Source: Catajapyx aquilonaris
Taxonomy: Eukaryota
Assembly: GCA_000934665.2 (NCBI GenBank)
Contig: JYFJ02000877.1
Coordinates: 62,001 to 105,770, forward strand
Reading direction: 5' to 3'
Length of the DNA stretch: 43,770 nucleotides
Position 1 is the stretch's first letter, and each line of letters opens with the position of its first letter. The translations under genes and the position numbers were made by a program. This document shows positions 24,495 to 36,557 of the stretch, in pieces. The notes below the pieces were generated by a model that had not been told where the DNA came from, made no database searches, and was given only the letters and a program-made list of their open reading frames with translations.

Positions 24495-26768
24495 AAGATT
24501 TTTAAAAAGTCAACTCGTATTCACTACCTTCAATAATGTAGTTATCGAAATATTAACTTACCTGGTAACGAGAAGCAACGGGCCACTCACGAACTTGAAG
24601 AAAATCAAAACGTCAACCATAATTTATTTTACGGGCCTTATCGCAACAAATCGCGAATTCTCTTCGTGATTGTCAACCTTGAACATTTATCAATGTAATG
24701 GAATATGCCTAATTTCGCTAGTTTACGCCTGCTGCCAGTAGGGTGTGTTGTTGTCCCAAAAAACGCGCTGGCACAATCTCACCCCGTTTGACGGTATATT
24801 AAAATATCTCGTTTCCAGTGCCTGCGGCCAAGTTTAATCATTTACTTTGCATGAATGAAGTGCTAAACTCTTTTCTTCAAGTTTTGCTACATTTTGTGGA
24901 GACGGAGGGGGCAAAACTGAGGCAGAGCTGTTTGCATCCACAACTTTCTTTTGCTTGAACAAGTTTTAGGGAGAACAGACTTGATTACTCTGCTCCTACT
25001 TCACAAAAATTAGGATTCATTTTGTTCTTATTTTGCAATCTTGAGTTGTGTTAGGGCTGAAAACGAAATGAATTATCATCACTCGAGTGGAAAGTGGATG
25101 GTGTTGATAAAAACAGGAAGCTGTCCTAATCGCCCTTGGAGAAAGAGGAGAATAGAACTAAGAAAAGGCAGAGGAGAAGTAGGAAGAGAAAAAGCACTAG
25201 TCTGACTCTATATGATCTAAAGTGGGAGCGGCCATTTGGGGAGGGAAGTCAAGTATTCATTGTAATGATCGAATCCTGAGTTTCAGGAGGTTTTCTGATT
25301 CCCTGCAGTGGCTCGCGTGGAAGTAATGTGATTTCCAGGGCTAAATATGATTGATTTCTTGGGATGGGGGAGATGTACGAGTAGAAAGTAGTTGGTTCAA
25401 ACGCCTAATGAAGGTATGATAGGTTAGAACTGAAGCACTGTGCCATGTTCTCTTTTTTGAATTAGGAATTTAGTGGGAGTTGTTTACTTATACGTTTTAA
25501 CTTCATTTTTCTCCTGCCTCTAACAGGTGCCCACGCCACTTGGAAATGCATACCAATTATTCTTAGTCATTGGGGGACTTTTCTCAACTTTTGAAGGGGT
25601 AGTCAGTGCCTCTCTAGTACAGACTTAACTAAAAGTACATAGACTCTTTTTCGAAGCTCGCTGTAATATGTAATCGATTGCCACCGGTTGTGGAGTAATA
25701 AGTTTTTCTGTAATGAGTAGATAATACTCGAAGGATAGGGGGTGGGGGGAACGGTAAGAGAGTGGTTTTGACCACATGACATTTCTATGCGGATATTTGT
25801 AAAATAGCTTTTACATACAGTACTGTACAGTGTAATATGGCCAATTGTTAAACTGCTTTGGGGGTATTTTTCATAATTACGAAATGAAATCAATATTCCC
25901 CGCACGGCTGTTCTGAGCAGAAAAGTATGTGAATTTTTTGTTACACTTAAATGCGATATTGGATGTATACAGGATATGTTGTAAAGGACTATACCAGTAG
26001 TTTCTATGGAATCACTGCGAATAAAAAGAGACTGGAATTTGCATCAATTTCATTCATTTACCATTGAAGAAACATGCACAATAAAAAGAACTGGGAAAGT
26101 ATTGGGAGCGGGGCAGAAGGAGGGGTGGAAGATGTGAAGATAGGAAAAAATTAGTAGTGAAAGAGGGTACCCATACCGTGTTACGTTCCTCTCCCCACCT
26201 CAAAAAAACGGCCCTCTTGGGTTGAACCACAGCTGGGTCTTGAAAGGAATATAAGGATTCAAATCACCCTCGAGTTTATAGCGATTAGGTGCTTAGATCT
26301 GATGCTTGGTTTCCTGCGACATACTTCACGACCACTTTAAACTGGACGCCAACGAAGTGTTCTTGAGTTCTACCGACCATTCTGTTGGTATTTGCTATAT
26401 ATTATGCCTGCTGATGCCTTAAGACCTGGACTAAAAAGATAAATATTAGGGTGAAGTTAATTTAAGTTTGTGGGAACAATGATGTCGATGAATACTGTCA
26501 TACTTCAGATGCTGTAGTATTGTGTTAGAATTCAATCTTTAAATCACCATTTACACCCTGAAATTCCCATTCGTTTTTGTGTTGTTGACTTGTCTCCATT
26601 CTGGGAACTAGTCTCTTATCAACTTCAAAGTGACATGTCTGCAACTATGAAATTTTTGTCGTGTCTGTGCAGTTAGGCTTCTTTCCATTGTATGTATTTA
26701 TAGGTGCAACATTTTGGCTGGAGAATTGCTATGTCTCTTACATTAGCGGTTTCTTTGTTCCTTTATAG

Positions 26769-26971
26769 TGGTAGATGACTTGTCGCAAGTACTGAAGGGC
26801 GAGAAAGCCCCTCCATCAGAAAGTGGTCCCACCGAAGCTCTCAAGGAACCTCATTTTATTAGAACTGAGCCTCAAGACGAACCAACACATTGTGCACAAG
26901 AGGGAACTTCTACTGTCAACGACGGCACCAGCCAAGCACTTCTGGAGACATCACCACTGAAAGACGAGGAG
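26769..26971 (+). CDS. ADAR: ADAR N-terminal exon (acidic, P/S/T/E-rich, probably disordered)
   Basis: Polypyrimidine tract tttctttgttcctttatag ends at 26768. Open frame VDDLSQVLKGEKAPPSESGPTEALKEP...SPLKDEE; donor gag|gtttgt in phase 0 matches the next exon. Confidence 0.72.
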
Positions 26972-27497
26972 GTTTGTATCATAACTCATAACATTCCATC
27001 TCATTTTACTTTCTGATTATTGCCAGCATATCACCTCTGTTTGCACTCGATACAGCGAGTTTACAGGGTAAATTTTTATTACATAAATTATGACATAAAA
27101 TGGTCCTTGTGGCCAATAATTGTAAGTGTACGTATAGTAAAAGTAAGGTTGGATTCTTTAGCAAGTTGAGCTTCATAAAGTTTATGAGTGAACAAGAGAT
27201 GAAGGCGCCGAGATGTATGGCATCATGTCGCTATGTTGTGTGGTCACGTTGTTCTTACTACGAACGCGCTAATACATGCGTTGCAACTGAATTGTCCGTA
27301 GTGGGTAGAACTTAGCTGCACATTTTTATGCAGTTGATTTTAGTGATTAGCCACTAATATTAGAGCAGCTTTAATAACCTATCCAAGCTTTGAATTGCAA
27401 CGAATTTCTCAGTTCATAATGGCCCATTGGAACAATAACGGCATAGGTCATCAACAGGCATTAAAGATTCCCATATATGCCGTAATATATGTAATTA

Positions 27498-28749
27498 CAC
27501 TGAACGATCACTGGATTAGAAACACCTATCTAAAAACGGGTAGGTTCATTTTTTGGTGCAATCATGGCCTCTAGATGTCGGGGAACAGATTCCACATGGT
27601 GGAAAACATCCTCCATGACCATGTTGAGCCATGGTCACTGCAGCATCTCCGTCACTTTGGACACATTTTGGGGAGGAGTGGGAGGGGGTCTCAGCCTATA
27701 CGAAGCATTTTCCAAGCATGTTCCATGGAGTTAAATTCTGATGAGTTTGTGGGTCAAGACTGTGTGGAGAATTCATTGTCGTGTTCCTCCAACCATTTGG
27801 TAGTGATCAGAGCCCGAAGACAAGGTGCTTTATCCTGTTGAAACGTGGCAATGTGGTCAGGAAAGACCTCCTGAAGATATGGGTGCAGAAGGTCAGCTAA
27901 CAGGTTCATGTAGCGGTCACCATTCACAGATTGTGATATGATGTCATATGGTCCTATGGCATGCCAAGAGAACTCTCACAAGACCATAACACCACCAAGG
28001 GCCTGTTGAACCCCAATGTTGCAACCAGGCGATGCAGCTTCATGCTCTTTACGCGGAATGCGGACCATGCCATTCTCATGGTTCAGCGGGAAATGATACT
28101 CGTCACTCCAGACAATCTTCTTCCAAGTGCCCCAGGTCCACTGACGCCCTTTTTTTTGGCACATGCGAGGAGTTGTTTGCGTGGGGTCGTCATGGGCACC
28201 CGTTGGGGTCTACGGCTATGGACCCCCAGTCGAAGCAATGAAAGTTGCACAATCATTGTCAAAGTTTGTGGTACTTGCCCACTGATGTACTGGTGTATCA
28301 GATGTTCCATTGTTAATAATGGAACATCTGATTCACCAGCAACGACGTACAATTGTACGTCGTTGCTGAGATACCAGTCGTGACACTTAACACTCACCTC
28401 TGGATTCAACCACATGTGACCGGCTAATATGTGAGCTTTTGCTGGATGTTTTTTCATGGTTCAACCACTCTTGGTACACACTTGACACCATGGTACGGGA
28501 ACAGCCAACAAGTGCAGCTCTTTCCAAAATACTGACACCACACCTCCTGGCGCCAATTCTCTATCAGCGGTCAAAGTCTCTCAAGTTGCTCGGTTTACCC
28601 ACAACTGGCAAAAACGTCCTTCTGCTGTGTAGAGGAGAGGTCAACACGTGTTTCCGGAATCATTTCGTGACCTGTCCGTCGCGTGGTAACGCGTCATCGC
28701 TCATAAGATGTCACGCGCCAGGTGTTCCTAATCCAGTGATCGTTCAGTG
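27498..28749 (-). mobile_element. Full-length decayed Tc1-family transposon with DD36E transposase pseudogene
   Basis: 30-bp TIRs cactgaacgatcactggattagaaacacct / aggtgttcctaatccagtgatcgttcagtg with TA TSD. Minus-strand fragments WKKIVWSDE and FQQDKAPCLRALITTKWLEEHDNEFSTQS*PTNSSEFNSMEHAW are interrupted by stops and frameshifts. Confidence 0.92.
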
Positions 28750-31030
28750 TATATAAACAGATCGAGTCTATCTAGAATAACTGAAAATCTGTACAGTATA
28801 TGATTCCAGTTCAATAATAAATACAAAGAGGAGTCGGCATGTCCAAGCTTTGTATTCCCAGGGTCTCTCTTTCAATGACGATCGATCAGATTCCAGCAAG
28901 GCGCCGCATATTTATTGACTTTGTACTTGTACAGTATTATTGTATATGTCGGGAATAAGAAATTCTTAGACAGGGAGAAGAGAATAGGTGATGAATTCAT
29001 ACAATAGCACAATACTCAACAGCTTGGCGTTGGGCAGCAAGAACGATAGCATTGGTCGGTGTTTTATATGACTTACGTTTAGAGCGCAAACTCTTGTCGT
29101 TACATATGTGTTGAAGGGTTGTCACTATTCGCGGGTCAAAAGAAATAGGAGCAAAGACTGCGCGTCGTCCTTTTATGAAAGACCTAACGGCAGGTCCAAG
29201 GTTGCTTGTCCGGCTCAAATTATTGTCGCCGGCTGCAGTCTAGACTAATGAGACTGGACGAACAAAGCTTGTCCTTGGAGGTACTTTTTTTTTGCTAAGA
29301 CGACAGGAGATAGCAACAAGGAAACGTAGAGAGTTCAAAGGGGAAGGAATCAGCAGATGGGGCTTGACGTGGGGCTTGAAAACAGTTTTATCGCAAAAAG
29401 GAAAGTCACCGTGTCATATACGACACTGGCTCAGTTCGGTAGAATCGAGTGTGTTGGTAGCTTCCCTTTGAGCAGCATCTCGTAAGTGCAATGGAGGAAT
29501 TAAGCTCGTTTGTAATGGGAGCCTTGATGGAGTGTGTCAAAATTTACAGTAAGGTAAGATTAGAAGGGCATTTCCATGATGCATCCGTCCGTTCGTAACA
29601 CAAGTTTTGCCTACGTGCACAACTGTATTTTATTATAACAATGACATCCATTTCATGCAATGTGTGTGTATTGTTACAATAAAATATGCTAGTACATGTC
29701 TGCAAAACCTGCGTTACAAACGGACAGTATGTCTGTGTTTGCGTGGAAATGCCCAGAAGTTCGGTGCGTGGAGACTTGCTCTCGTTATTCGAGTTTTTCC
29801 CGAACAAAACGGTATTTTTTCTTGCGATTTCCAACCGTCCCTTCAGCATGTCATGTTTTGTCTCATTGGAATACGAAAGTGTTGCATCATCCTCATACCC
29901 GCTCAATTCGGAGATGGTCTCCTTTCTGAAATAGCTACAGTCGCTTCCTTCCTTCCCGATCCCTCCATCTTTGTCCCTTGAAAAATGTCATACAGTTATG
30001 GGTTGCCTGATTGCCTGGCGATTAATCGGTTCGGCGACGAAAAGGACCCCAGAGAGCCATGGCACCTGATCCCTTCTTCATACCATACCTCACAAAGGAG
30101 GGTTGGGAGTGTCTGGAAAAGGGCGATAGCAGCGACTACTTGTGGAGTGTCCTTGCATGTTGCGAAGCGTCATCAGCTGCGAATTCAATCACATTGTTGG
30201 AATGTGGTCATATTCATAGTATGGTCACTCCCGCCGTCCTCGTTCAGACCTTATTACCGGGATTTTTACTTACACGGGCCATTTACCTAAATAGTCAAAT
30301 AGCTTTTCATCCGACCTCCTCTGATTAAGGTGAAACATGGTGCATAGCAAGGTAGGAAGGCGTTACAACTCATTGTCGAATATTACGTCAATTACACTCC
30401 CCATGAGGTCATTGAAAATGGAAAACACGAAGAGCTTTTTGGACAGCCATTGAAATGTTGGTCCTCTGATCAATTATGCACTTGAGTTATGCAACGTTAT
30501 GCAACATACGTCATAAATTAATTCTTGACCCGTGGTTGTACAAGTCATTATTGAGACGCTCGATCAGCAAAATTAAATAATTTGGTGATGGATAAGTCTA
30601 GTTTCAAACACTGACACGTTAACGCCAAGATGTAATGAAATGTGATGGATAGACCATAGACGCGTCACAAGGAGCACCAGTTGGCCAGACACGTAATGTG
30701 TGATATGTATAATTACGCCCACAAACCGTCTGGTTCCTGCTACCACCAATCATCGTACATGTGTCACATCACGAGGGAGGAGCTATGTGCACTGCGTTGT
30801 ATATAAATAGATGTGATGCACGAATAATAAAAACACGCCCTTACGGCCACGTGCTGGTGCAGCATTTTAGCACTGTATGGATTGAATCAGTATAGGTTAG
30901 CAGTGTTTGAGAGCGTGGCGAAACCTGTGGTTGTAACATTGAAGGTGTACATTAAAGGTATAGTAACATTAGGCAGTGTACAGAGACTTAATTGCAGTTG
31001 GCAAACAGTTGACAAATTATAGTTTCTTTG

Positions 31031-31146
31031 GGACCGATTACACCAGCGCACGAGATTCAGGTTCGGGTACGGGTTCGGGTCAACAATTTATAATAAGGGC
31101 AAACCCGCACGCAGGAACCTAAATCTTACGCTGGTGCAATAGGCTC
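31031..31146. mobile_element. Short degenerate hairpin MITE
   Basis: ggaccgattacaccagcgcacgagattcaggttc pairs imperfectly with gaacctaaatcttacgctggtgcaataggctc. Confidence 0.55.
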
Positions 31147-31717
31147 TTACTGAGTGGATATCATTTAATTAATAATTTATTTTCAAATTCGTGGTCATTT
31201 AGTTTCATTATGCGCCTTCAGTCCAATCATTTTTTTTCATTTCATACTTCCAAAAATGATGGTGAAATGCATTGAGTTCAATTCCAATCCTCAGTCAGGA
31301 ATTAATTCATGTTTGGAATATGAATAGTGCCTGTCAGTGGTTTCTGGATTCTATTGATGTTATATACCAGGAAGTTCCTGTGAAACCTGTACTTTCTTAG
31401 GCTTATGATGCTGATCATTCAACTCAGAAGTATTCGACTATTCTTTGCCAAGAACCTTAAAGTGTAAGCGATTCTAAATTTAGTACTTATGGACTAATAA
31501 ATTATATCCGTTTATTAGGCCTGTTGGATGTCGTGCAGTATAGGCCTGCATTCAATTATTATATGCAATTGAGGCCAGATGTGAAGTTTACATTTTTGTG
31601 TGCCAGACTGTCCTGTGATGTTTACACCATTGCACTGTTTGCCCCCTTCGGCTACGGCCCACATTTCCCTCTCACTCCCATACTGTGTTAAGATTGGTCT
31701 ACTCTTTATATTTGCAG

Positions 31718-31856
31718 AAGGAAGAAACGCATGGAGTTGGCCAAGAATCTGTGAAAGATTTGAAGCAGGCAGCAGCTAAAATCGACCGTGAAATCGAAAT
31801 GGCGGTGGCGCGCAAACGGCTTCTTCTCAACTTGGCTGCAGCCTCCGGAAGCAACA
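31718..31856 (+). CDS. ADAR: ADAR N-terminal exon (helical segment)
   Basis: Acceptor ctctttatatttgcag ends at 31717. Encodes KEETHGVGQESVKDLKQAAAKIDREIEMAVARKRLLLNLAAASGSN; donor a|gtaaga in phase 1 joins the 'tc' of exon 39564 to give Ile. Confidence 0.78.
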
Positions 31857-33067
31857 GTAAGACAGTAGTAGCATATACCCTATAGGTGACTACAAGCTCC
31901 GACCACTTCTCTCTCGGTTATCATTTTCGCTCAAGATCTTGTCAAAGTCTCCAAAGTTACCATCATTTTAAAGTCATTGAAGACACTTGGCTCATATACG
32001 ACGTAATTATGTGGCTTTCGGACATGGCAATCTAATGTTTGTGTGACTAGAACCTTCATGCAAGTTAAAAAGAGCATGAACATTTTCAGTTGCCTGATAA
32101 ACTAAAATGACGAAAGTAGCCTATAGTATGACGTATTATGTATCTTGGCATGGAGCTAGCCTTCGACACTTCATTGTACAGTACAACAGCGAATGGTTGC
32201 TACTTCTGGTGCCTTCACTGTCAGGATGTAAAGGATCGATTTTGGCGCATATCGTGATAATTTTTAGTTACGTTGTTCCTAATACTACTATAGTTGAAGT
32301 GAAACTCAGTTTTTGCCTCGTTAGATCCCCAACTGAGAAATATGGATTAAAAAGTTGCGAATTTGGACTTGTCCGAAATTCAAATGGCCACAGATTCTCA
32401 CTTAATCTTTTCCAGCAATGTTAAAAATACTAAATTCTTAAAGGCGATTCTTTGACATTAAAGGTATAATATTATATTTTATAAGATTAAATGCTGCGCA
32501 ACCATGCTTGCATAATTTCAACCCTTAAAATAGGGTAATACAGTGGGAAACCAGTTATTTACGCATACTTTATTCGAGTAATCGGCCATCTCAAAAGTAT
32601 CAGTCTGAGATTGAGCCGTATACTGTAGGCTACTGTATATAGGCCTGACTACAGTAGCGTTTCCTTTTTGTTCGTCTGGGCGTAGGGATACGTCCACGGA
32701 CAGCCGCAGACGGAGAAGTGCACTATACGTAGACTGACCAATTACAAGCAATATCCAGCCAGGCGTCAAATTGCATTGCCTGCTCACAAGAGCCCGTTGC
32801 TCATGCCAGCAGGTTAGATGGTTGACTCGCTAATGTTGGCCTCCGCCCCCAAGCCCTGCCTGCCTATTTGCCTTCTCCCTCCCTGCTGACCACCTTGCTA
32901 CTCTACCTGACTTCCACCGGCACCCCTGGGCCCAAACTCGGTTTCAATTTAACTGCTGCTCATATTCCACTCTAAGTTCCGCTCACTGGCTTTCAGCTGT
33001 GGGCATTAACCAACTGCTTCCAATTATTTGACCTACTCTTTTCCTACCTGCTGTCATTACTCTATAG

Positions 33068-33576
33068 CAGGGCTATTCAACTGGCGGATCGCGACGCAAT
33101 TTTGTCCGGACCGCGACAATATATATGACAGATTGAAATAGCATGATAAATATATTACTAATTCATGACTTTTTGGAAAAAGGGCTACCAATTTCATCAA
33201 ATACACACCCATTCAAATCTCCCACATTCACCTAAGCTCGTGTGAACTTGAACCCCCCAAAAAATTTCGCATGCGGCGGGCTCGTTCCCCCGCCCTTTAC
33301 GGCTTGTTCACCTTGTGCTTACACAATGGGCCCCCCTCCGAAATTCTTCTGCCTACGCGCCCGTACAGGATATCTCGTAAAGGGCGAAAATGTCTTAATA
33401 TGCCCTGTCTTGATAGGCCCTTCTACCCTTGCTGCACATGTTTCTGTTTTCGAATATGAACCCTGTGGTATCATATAAAATCTATATATTTTTACCGGGG
33501 GGGGGGGGGTCCGGACCTTCAATGGCCCAGGAAAGGTAAATACTGGACCTTGTCAGAAACTAATTGAATACCCCTG
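33068..33576. mobile_element. hAT (Charlie-like) MITE
   Basis: TIRs cagggctattcaa / ttgaatacccctg; 8-bp TSD ctctatag (33060-33067) / ctctatat (33577-33584). Confidence 0.85.
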
Positions 33577-34639
33577 CTCTATATATAGTTTCTTCGTGCG
33601 GACCTCTGCCTCGTGTTTCGGGGAAATCTCACGGACGCTCATTTCCAATTATTGCTCCTGCAAGAGTGCCAGAGAATTTATTACATATACAGCATCATTG
33701 GAGAGCCCAGTGGGATTTCCAATGGTATGTGTATGATTCTATGCCAAACCTGAAGGTGAGTTGAAATTCCACTAATACGGATTTCACCTCACTCCCGCGT
33801 CGGTTTTATAGGAACGAACGGGATTGATGATGTCATGATCGTACTACTGTAGACGGGAAGCTTATATACCACGTGTTTCGTAATTGAGCTTGCATCCGTT
33901 GAAATGCTTTCCTCCTAAAGATGTATGCAGTCGAGCAGCTGAAACACCTCTCCTCCCGACACCACCCCACTCCATCCGCACACAGAGGAGGCGGGTAAGT
34001 TATGGCGTTTGCGATTCATTGCTTCACAAGCAATGCTATAGGCTTCATTACTTCCGAGAATTGTAGTGTGTTTGCGAACACGGTGTTATTCACCAGAGCA
34101 GTGGAAATTGACCGATAAAAATGTCCATCCAGGCATACCTTTTGTTCTTCCAAATTGCCAGCGACAATGCCGGAGGGAAATGAGAAGACTTTTTCCCCTC
34201 TCTGCCAAAAATTTATTGATCATGCATGTACGTGTAGCTGGAAAGTATGTTTTGAAACAGACGAACAAACACACTCCCCGAAGATGAGTATGATAGGTTG
34301 AGATAAATGCCACCGTACACAGTGAGGCATTCATTCAGTATACCCCACCACTATAACGTACTATGGAGCAAGTTCACTGTAACGTTTTACACGAGATGAG
34401 TTGATATACTGTATATACGAAATTACAGTAATCCAGTCTGCATTAATTTAATGCCATTATTTATGTACGGCCAGTGTATACGCTCCTTCGTTTTTGCCGC
34501 TGGATATTCTTCCTTATCGCTGCCTAGCCCTTTTTTATTAATGCTATTAACTATTTAAAATACCCTCTTTTCCACACTATTGACAGCAAAATTGAATTTC
34601 TCGTTGTCAATAACCAATAGCTGCATATAAAATTGGTCA

Positions 34640-34892
34640 GGGCGACACGGTGGCCGAGTGGTTAGCGCCGCAGCCTTCCACCTCTAAGGTCCCGAGTTCG
34701 ATCCCCGGGTCGGACGGAGGATACTTATGTGGATAGAGTTTCGATGGGTTCTCTCCGTGTTCGCGTGGGTTTTCTCGGGGGTCTCCCGTTTCCTCCCACT
34801 ATCAAAATCCATCACATTACAGGCAAATGATTAAAGTCGGTTATTCAAAAGATGATCCCCTAAGAGGCCCAAGGGGCCTATCACGGGGTATC

Positions 34893-34952
<60 letters not shown>
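34640..34952 (+). mobile_element. tRNA-derived SINE with V-SINE-like central domain and (TAT)n tail
   Basis: A box tggccgagtgg and B box gttcgatcc; core ctccgtgttcgcgtgggttttctcgggggtctcccgtttcctcccac resembles the V-domain as I recall it; 3' stem-loop followed by (TAT)n. Confidence 0.88.
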
Positions 34953-36010
34953 NGGGGGAGAGATTTTACAAGAAAAAATTACACTATCAGTATAATACAA
35001 ATTGGCCGTCAAAAATGGAGACGAGAGTGTGGAAGGGCAAAAGTGATGGCATTCAGCAGGTCGCGAGGATGTCACTCAAGGTAACTGGAGTCCCACCAAA
35101 TTATATCTTCCTATCATTGGGCGATTTCTTTTCGCTCACCCCAATCGGTGTTCCAGAGGACTCGGCCACCTCGCAGCCCGATCTGATTGGTGAATCGTGA
35201 TTTCGAAATCCGCGACTGAGACCGTCGAAAAATGCTGTGTGCAGGCCCTTTAAAGGTACTGTACTGTACTGTACGTTCTCACGATTGAGATAGACCGAAA
35301 CAGGATGAAACGGCGCAATTTTTGATTTCTGCGTTGTAAAAGGTGCTTCTTATGCGTGACATTATTTTGGCATGCAGTAATAGGCGGGTCGGAAACTGCT
35401 GCTGCAGCACGTGCTTTCCGATTTGTGTTTCTGTGGGGTACTGGCAGATTATAAGGAGACAGCTTCAATATTATTTTGTCTTACACCCTTGGCGTCTCTC
35501 TGTACCTGTAGCCTCTTTCCTATGTCTTGGGCGACTAATATGGCTCCGTCCGTGACACATCGAAAAAATGGTTATATTTTGCTTGTGTTTTCGTTCCTAA
35601 GGAAGTTTCCGCGCGTTAAATTGCTCTTTCTCAGTCATCATTAACATTTGGCACTTAAAAATAATAAAATTATTATTACGGATGCAGTTTCAAGTCATGC
35701 CTTATAGCCTTAAAGCACAACTGAAGGGTAGACCGTCGGTCTATAGAATGTAAATCCTCCAACACGTCAATGTCTGTGTGTGTGTGGGGGGGGGGGGAGG
35801 TTTCCATGCATGTGCGTGACGTGGCGTACTCTATGGACAGCTCTCAACGGTGGGGAAAAAAAGTTTAAATACAGTATTTAGTGCGCGTTGGAAAATGTTC
35901 ACTCTCACGCAAATATGGAAGTGTTAGACTATAATTTTGCTGTTCAAGCAAGAAACCCGCAGCATCAATTTCTCAGCTTGATATTCACCAGTGATGTAAG
36001 AATTTTCGAA

Positions 36011-36130
36011 GGGTGCACGGTGATTAGCGCCACAACCATCCACCACTGATGTCCGGAGTTCAATCCTCTGGTCAGAGAGATGATTTTCCCATATGGGAAA
36101 AGTTTCGATGGGTATTCGCATGGGTTGCCA
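36011..36130 (+). mobile_element. Degenerate 5' fragment of the SINE family at 34640
   Basis: gcacggtgattagcgccacaaccatccaccactgatgtccggagttcaatcc...agtttcgatgggtattcgcatgggtt parallels the 34640 copy. Confidence 0.65.
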
Positions 36131-36211
36131 TTTATTTATTTATTTACTCATTTATTTATTTGTTGCTGCTGCTGCTGCTGCTGATGCTGTATCTTCTTAA
36201 TCTATATTTTA

Positions 36212-36557
36212 GTTTGTTTGTGAGTTTGTTTAAGAGTTTGTTTGTTTGTCCCTTATAGAAATCCAGGGGAAGGCCCCTACACCGCCTTAAATTAGCATAT
36301 CGGGGGTTACATTTTCCAAGGAATCTAACGCCGCATGTTTCAGCTTCCGAAAATGAACGTAACTCCCACAACACGCATATTCCCGAATCTTCTCTCTTCT
36401 CGGGCCTCAACAAAAATACATGAAAGTATTCATGCCGAAACGAAGCCAGACACGACCCAACTCTGCACGAGATGAAGGGGGGAACCCCGGGTTGGGATCG
36501 AACCCGGGACCTTAACATCCGTGGGCACATTTCCGCAGCGCCACTTCGTCTCCCCTA
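36212..36557 (-). mobile_element. Second tRNA-derived SINE family with (AAAC)n-like tail
   Basis: The minus strand begins ggggagacgaagtggcgc...aaggtcccgggttcgatccc (B box) and ends in acaaacaaacaaact repeats. Confidence 0.6.

Larger units (their letters stand above)
21738..24794. mobile_element. pogo/Tc1-mariner-like non-autonomous element, copy 2, carrying nested insertions
   Basis: TIRs ta|ccgtcaaacggggtgagattttgcca ... tggcacaatctcaccccgtttgacgg|ta, with TA on both sides. Confidence 0.75.

Noticed and set aside
29544..30328. Overlapping 80-124 aa ORFs
   Set aside because: No homology, splice logic or consistent strand.
33692..33762. Possible extra exon ending at the strong donor aag|gtgagt
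   Set aside because: The acceptor is weak, and the 65-nt length would break the frame between the phase-matched exons 31718 and 39564.
34640..34715. tRNA gene
   Set aside because: It has A and B boxes but no proper cloverleaf, and it continues into a SINE body and tail.
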